Shown here: one piece after another, positions 62,176 to 64,000 of the stretch
How positions within the stretch are numbered: position 1 is the stretch's first letter
How the letters are laid out: every line of letters begins with the position of its first letter
Assembly: GCF_026210795.1 (NCBI RefSeq)
Contig: NC_089432.1
Location: 3,720,001-3,784,000, forward strand
DNA from: Rhizophagus irregularis
Lineage: Eukaryota
Direction of reading: 5' to 3'
Length of the DNA: 64,000 nucleotides
Notes under the pieces: generated by a model
What the model saw: only the letters and a program-made list of their open reading frames with translations
What the model was told of the DNA's origin: nothing
Databases searched by the model: none
Position numbers and translations under genes: made by a program

Positions 62176-62863
62176 GTTAATACGAAATTGCAATACATCT
62201 TCAATACTGTGATTGCGTTGTTTGATACATTGACAATATCATAAATATGGCTTTTTTTTATATTAAAATTTTCTAAGTATTATTTTTTCATTTTCATAAT
62301 ATTGATGTTGAATATACGACTACAATGCTTATAATTGCATAGTAACGATGATGATGCTATATTATACTGAATAATCAATTGTTTTATTGCGCAGATATTT
62401 ATACTTAAGTATCAGCTAATGTAAGACAAAAAAACTTAATAATAATTTCTTAAAATATTTCTGAATGCCATTTGTTTTTTTTATTATTTTATATTCTCCC
62501 TATAGGCACTAATGGATATACATATCAAAAATCAAATTTATTTTACAGTATGTCAAGCAGGAAAAAAAAATCAAATTTCAAGGAAAAGCCCCTTATTTAT
62601 ATGAATTATGTATCACGTGATTAACGTGCAAACCAGCCCCGTTTTTTTTTAAACTTTAACAAACCTTTTTCCTTTCTCAATTTCCCTTCCCCGTCTTTTT
62701 CTCTTCATCTTGTTTCACTCTCTCTAATAAAAATCTTTAGCAGAACGTTTAGCAACATTTTGAAATTTTCCTTATTAGACAAAAATCATTACATTATGCA
62801 ATGAAAATTAAGAGTTCATAACGATTTTTTTTTTAAAAAAGAAATAAGTATATTATAACTTAA

Positions 62864-62976
62864 ATGACAAAATAACTTCGGTAATAAAATGGATTGAGAA
62901 AAATCTAGAGAATGAGTATATTCATTATTTTAAATATGATGAATTTAAAATCGATGAAGAAGAAATTGGTAGAGGA
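62864..62976 (+). pseudogene. Truncated first exon of a TKL kinase
   Basis: ATG at 62864 is out of frame with TSVIKWIEKNLENEYIHYFKYDEFKIDEEEIGRG, which matches WIEEAISNKYLEYYKFEEFKNIESVG at 21085; homology stops at the Gly-rich loop. Confidence 0.8.
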
Positions 62977-62989
62977 AGGGGTCCGGAAA

Positions 62990-63452
62990 GATTTTTTTTC
63001 TTTTTTTTCATCTTTATTTTTTAATAAACGATTCTAATGGTTCATTTTTTTTCTTTCTTTAGATGGTTCTTTCAAGTTACTTTGGGAGACATTTTGGTAA
63101 AGTTTTTTATTTATTTCTTCCATCTTTTAACAAACGGTTCCTAACAGTTCATTTCTTTCTCTTTTTAGGCGGTTCTTTTGTATTTCTTGTGGTAAGTTAA
63201 ATTTTTTTTCTTTCTTTTTTTTATTTAACAAAACGTTAACTGGTGGTTAACTAAAATATTTTCTTGTCTTTTTCTTTTTTTTAGATGGTCAGGCCTTTGG
63301 ACGTGTGAAATTTCCAACGGTTGGTTTCTTTTACTTTTTTAAATTCTTTTGAATTAAATTTTTTTATTTTGGTAAGATGTTAACTATCATTTCATTTTCT
63401 TTCTTTGTTTTTAGACAGGTCAGGCCTTTGGATGTGTGAAATTTTCAACGGC
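62990..63452 (+). other. Array of tandem GT-AG introns and 23-35 nt micro-exons, no convincing ORF
   Basis: Acceptor at 63062; exons 63063-63096, 63169-63191, 63285-63319, 63415-; introns 63097-63168, 63192-63284, 63320-63414; last two exons are near-duplicates (GGTCAGGCCTTTGGAYGTGTGAAATTTYCAACGG). Confidence 0.6.
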
Positions 63453-64000
63453 CACGCACGTTATACTAGAAAGGTATGATGGCAGAGGAATTGTTGCGAA
63501 AATTTAATATGAAACTATTAATAAAAACAAGTTGTGGATGAACAATTTATGTTAGGTGGTGCATTATTCAATTGTAAGAACATGCAGATTGTTAGGCAAA
63601 CGTATACAAATTAGTAAATTTATTTTAATTTATTAGGAATTTTATGTAATAAAATGAGATATTAAAAAAAAATATTTATTAGAGTATATAATATGTAATA
63701 AGTTTTTAATGAAACAAATTGAAAATAAAAATTGAAAATAATAGAAATAAAGGTTGTAAACCATAGACAATTATTTTATTAGAGTCATTACTTATTGTTT
63801 ATTATGTTTAAGACATAAAATTCAATAAAATTCCTGACCTTTACAACAACATATACCCAACATTTTCTTGTCCTTCAACCTAAACATTCACAGTTTAAGA
63901 GTCCCTACCTATGAAGCATGTAAGAAACCTACTACCGGCTTTGCTGAAACCTTTGATTTAGCAACTTTAATGTTGTTTGCATGTGACTATCACGTGACTA

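Noticed and set aside
6316..63998. Recurrent TCACGTGA (E-box) palindromes as specific regulatory sites
   Set aside because: Occur in introns, repeats and intergenic DNA without a consistent position relative to starts; enrichment cannot be tested by eye.

Overview
Eukaryotic, very AT-rich, intron-containing, gene-sparse DNA. The gene families present (Crinkler N-terminus, tyrosine-kinase-like (TKL) kinases with Sel1 repeats, intronless F-box/LRR-like genes, secreted ML-domain protein) point to an arbuscular mycorrhizal fungus such as Rhizophagus; this is an inference. Nine genes look intact: a 6-exon peroxisomal acyl-CoA oxidase, two F-box/LRR-like paralogues, a TKL kinase-Sel1 gene, a stand-alone TKL pseudokinase, a secreted DGPK-repeat protein, a Sel1-kinase gene, a DUF2235/Tle1-like hydrolase and an ML/NPC2-like protein. 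Between them lie Crinkler and kinase pseudogene fragments, tandem repeats and many non-autonomous DNA transposons (TA, 3-bp and 8-9-bp target duplications). Most notable: (1) a twice-repeated head-to-head F-box/kinase pair whose second copy has a CreA/Mig1-like C2H2 finger on the F-box protein and a catalytically dead kinase; (2) two arrays of similar introns with branch-point hairpins separated by apparently non-coding micro-exons, each following a broken gene; (3) MITE insertions with direct evidence (paralogous empty site, near-identical copies with different TSDs). No tRNA, rRNA or CRISPR array was recognised. Exon models and alignments were derived by eye; no searches were run.
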